From positions 16,182,001 to 16,246,000 of the forward strand of contig CM120642.1 in the NCBI GenBank assembly GCA_051362555.1: a DNA stretch of 64,000 nt. Reading direction: 5' to 3'. The notes beneath the pieces are model-generated. The model saw only the letters and a program-made list of their open reading frames with translations, had not been told where the DNA came from and did not search any database. Every line of letters begins with the position of its first letter. Position 1 is the first letter of the stretch. Origin of the DNA: Lingula anatina (Eukaryota; Animalia; Brachiopoda). Shown piece after piece: positions 62,047 to 64,000 of the stretch. The position numbers and the translations under genes were made by a program.

Positions 62047-64000
62047 CTATTTCTTTCGGGGTTTCTTCTTTTTGGGCTTTAGTTTAGCGTCGGCCAATTC
62101 CTGACCTTGTCTTTTAATGTCGTCTCGCGTCAGAACGTCCGTGTCATCAGTGTGGCTATCGTAGTGGAAGTCTGGAATTAATTAAGATGATAGCATGATT
62201 ATGTTTTGGCGTGTATATTAGTAATGCTGTATTAAATTAATTTATTTGTCAACTCTTGGGTTCAGAGTTTCAACAAGGGCCCAGGGGTTAACAAATGACA
62301 AATTAAGCGGGTCAAATGATTGGAATACACTAGTAGGCTACATTCCCTGCAAAAAGGTCGCATACATATATAAATAGAGAAATTGTATTCTTTTATCGAT
62401 TCGTCACATTCGTCAAATTAATAATTGACATACTGTGTGCGCGATGTTTGTCAAGTGGAGCCTAAAGGCACACAGTGAGTGTTTTAACATTAAATCAAAC
62501 CCTTATGAAGACAAACAATTTAAAATATCTCCACTTCAAGAAACCATACCCAAAGCCACTGTGCAATTACAATATCTAAAACTTTGTGCGTGATCTTATT
62601 TTCTCATCTTGTAGTTACCCTCATAAATGACCAGAAACAGTCGTGATAATCAGAATACATAACTCTACTTTTCAAATTAGTGGGGTAACTTTTAGTGTCA
62701 GTGAGTTGGCCTACCTGTGAGAGATCCCAGGCTTTCAGCGAGGTGGATCCTCACATTGGTGGAAGGAAGCCTGGACTCCAGGAACTCATGGTACTGTAAG
62801 GAGAGTTAGAGGTGAACGGAAAGATATCATACACTGAAACCCATCATTTCATTTTGTTTTTCAAAACTTTCAAGTATCACGCTCACTTTCTGAAATGGCA
62901 GTGGGGTTGTGCAATGTTTTTTCTTATTCCATACATATTCTGTTTAGGTGGGGCATTTTTTGTTAAATAGTGACACCGCACAATGGGTTCTAACCATGCG
63001 AACGACTTTATTAAAAATGGTATCAAAATGTTCAATATAATGTGGATAAATAGCATGCTTACGCAGCAAAAACGACCTAGTGCCTACTGCTTTAAACAGC
63101 TTACTGTAATAATTAATAAACAGATAAATAAGGCTATTACATCTCTGAATTGATCCCAATTTAATATTGTTCATAAACAGCAAAACCGAAATCCTATTAC
63201 GATGGGTTGAATCATACATGAATCCCAATATAGATTATAGCGATAGCGACTTCAATTACTAGGGCGATCCATAACATCTACATTTACTTTTTTGCCCTGC
63301 ACTTTAATAAAAGCAGCTAGATATATACGCGTCAATACCAGATATATCATAAAACAATATATAGCATAAGTGCGCACCGAAAATAACAGAAAACAGTAAA
63401 TGCTTTTTATCTTGAAGAACACTTTATAACTCGAAGATCTATGCAGCTGTAAAACACGTCGATACATTACCTCAGGTGCCGATATATTTTCCTCGGCGTC
63501 CTCTATCTGTTTGACGTCAACAGATTCCAACAACGCGGACAGCTTTGCCTTGCACAGCTCTAAATCGTGCTTTAAGTTACCAGTACGGGGACGATTGTGT
63601 GGCTGAAATGGAGATGAAATTGTGACACTTGTTTACTTGTGATCCTTCTCATAGTTGCTGAGATTAATGAAAAGTTAACACGTTTTCTTTGCAGACCATT
63701 TTCAAAAAATAAAAAAAAGGTTCATTTAAAGCTAACAAATTTTTGTAGCGCGAACATTTTACTTCGCAATTATTTAACGCTAGTATATCGGCGCCCATGA
63801 TTGCTCACTGGTTCAAAAGAAAATGAGAAGTTAAACTGATTAATATAAAAGAAAGAGATTCTTAAGAACGGCTGCAAAGAGTCATGTTACGTACCGGCTT
63901 TAGTGTGATACCATGCAGCTTCTTGAGAAGGTTGTCAGTGGCGACGGACAGGGTCTGGTAGAGTTTCTTCCCATTAAGAACTTTCTTCTCTGTTCTCCAA
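62047..64000 (-). CDS. ODAD3: 3' exons of an outer dynein arm docking complex subunit 3 (CCDC151)-like gene. Exons 64000-63895 (partial), 63602-63471, 62793-62715, 62171-62047
   Basis: Phase-consistent exons give ...NLLKKLHGITLKP|PHNRPRTGNLKHDLELCKAKL...|YHEFLESRLPSTNVRIHL...|DFHYDSHTDDTDVLTRDDIKRQGQELADAKLKPKKKKPRKK*. This resembles the CCDC151 C-terminus as recalled, not as searched. Confidence 0.75.

Overview
This is AT-rich, intron-rich eukaryotic DNA from an invertebrate animal, probably a mollusc or other lophotrochozoan (inference). Four protein-coding genes can be assembled by hand. (1) A divergent HR4/NR6A-type nuclear receptor on the minus strand, 5 coding exons, 882-6357. (2) A choline-transporter-like SLC44A2/4 gene on the plus strand, 22012-50361. 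(3) A single-coding-exon Toll-like receptor on the minus strand, 57097-59784. (4) The 3' end of an ODAD3/CCDC151-like gene on the minus strand, 62047-64000. The most notable feature is combinatorial splicing in the SLC44 gene. It has three tandem paralogous exons for the Cys-rich first extracellular loop, two paralogous exons for a late TM segment and loop, and a candidate alternative first exon with a dileucine motif, giving 6-12 possible isoforms. Other features include a tRNA-containing TRIM (Helenus-like) remnant, a Penelope-like fragment with a hammerhead-like motif, about 16 tandem exon-intron units that appear non-coding, and several MITE and Helentron-derived families. All exon structures were read by eye and have no expression support.
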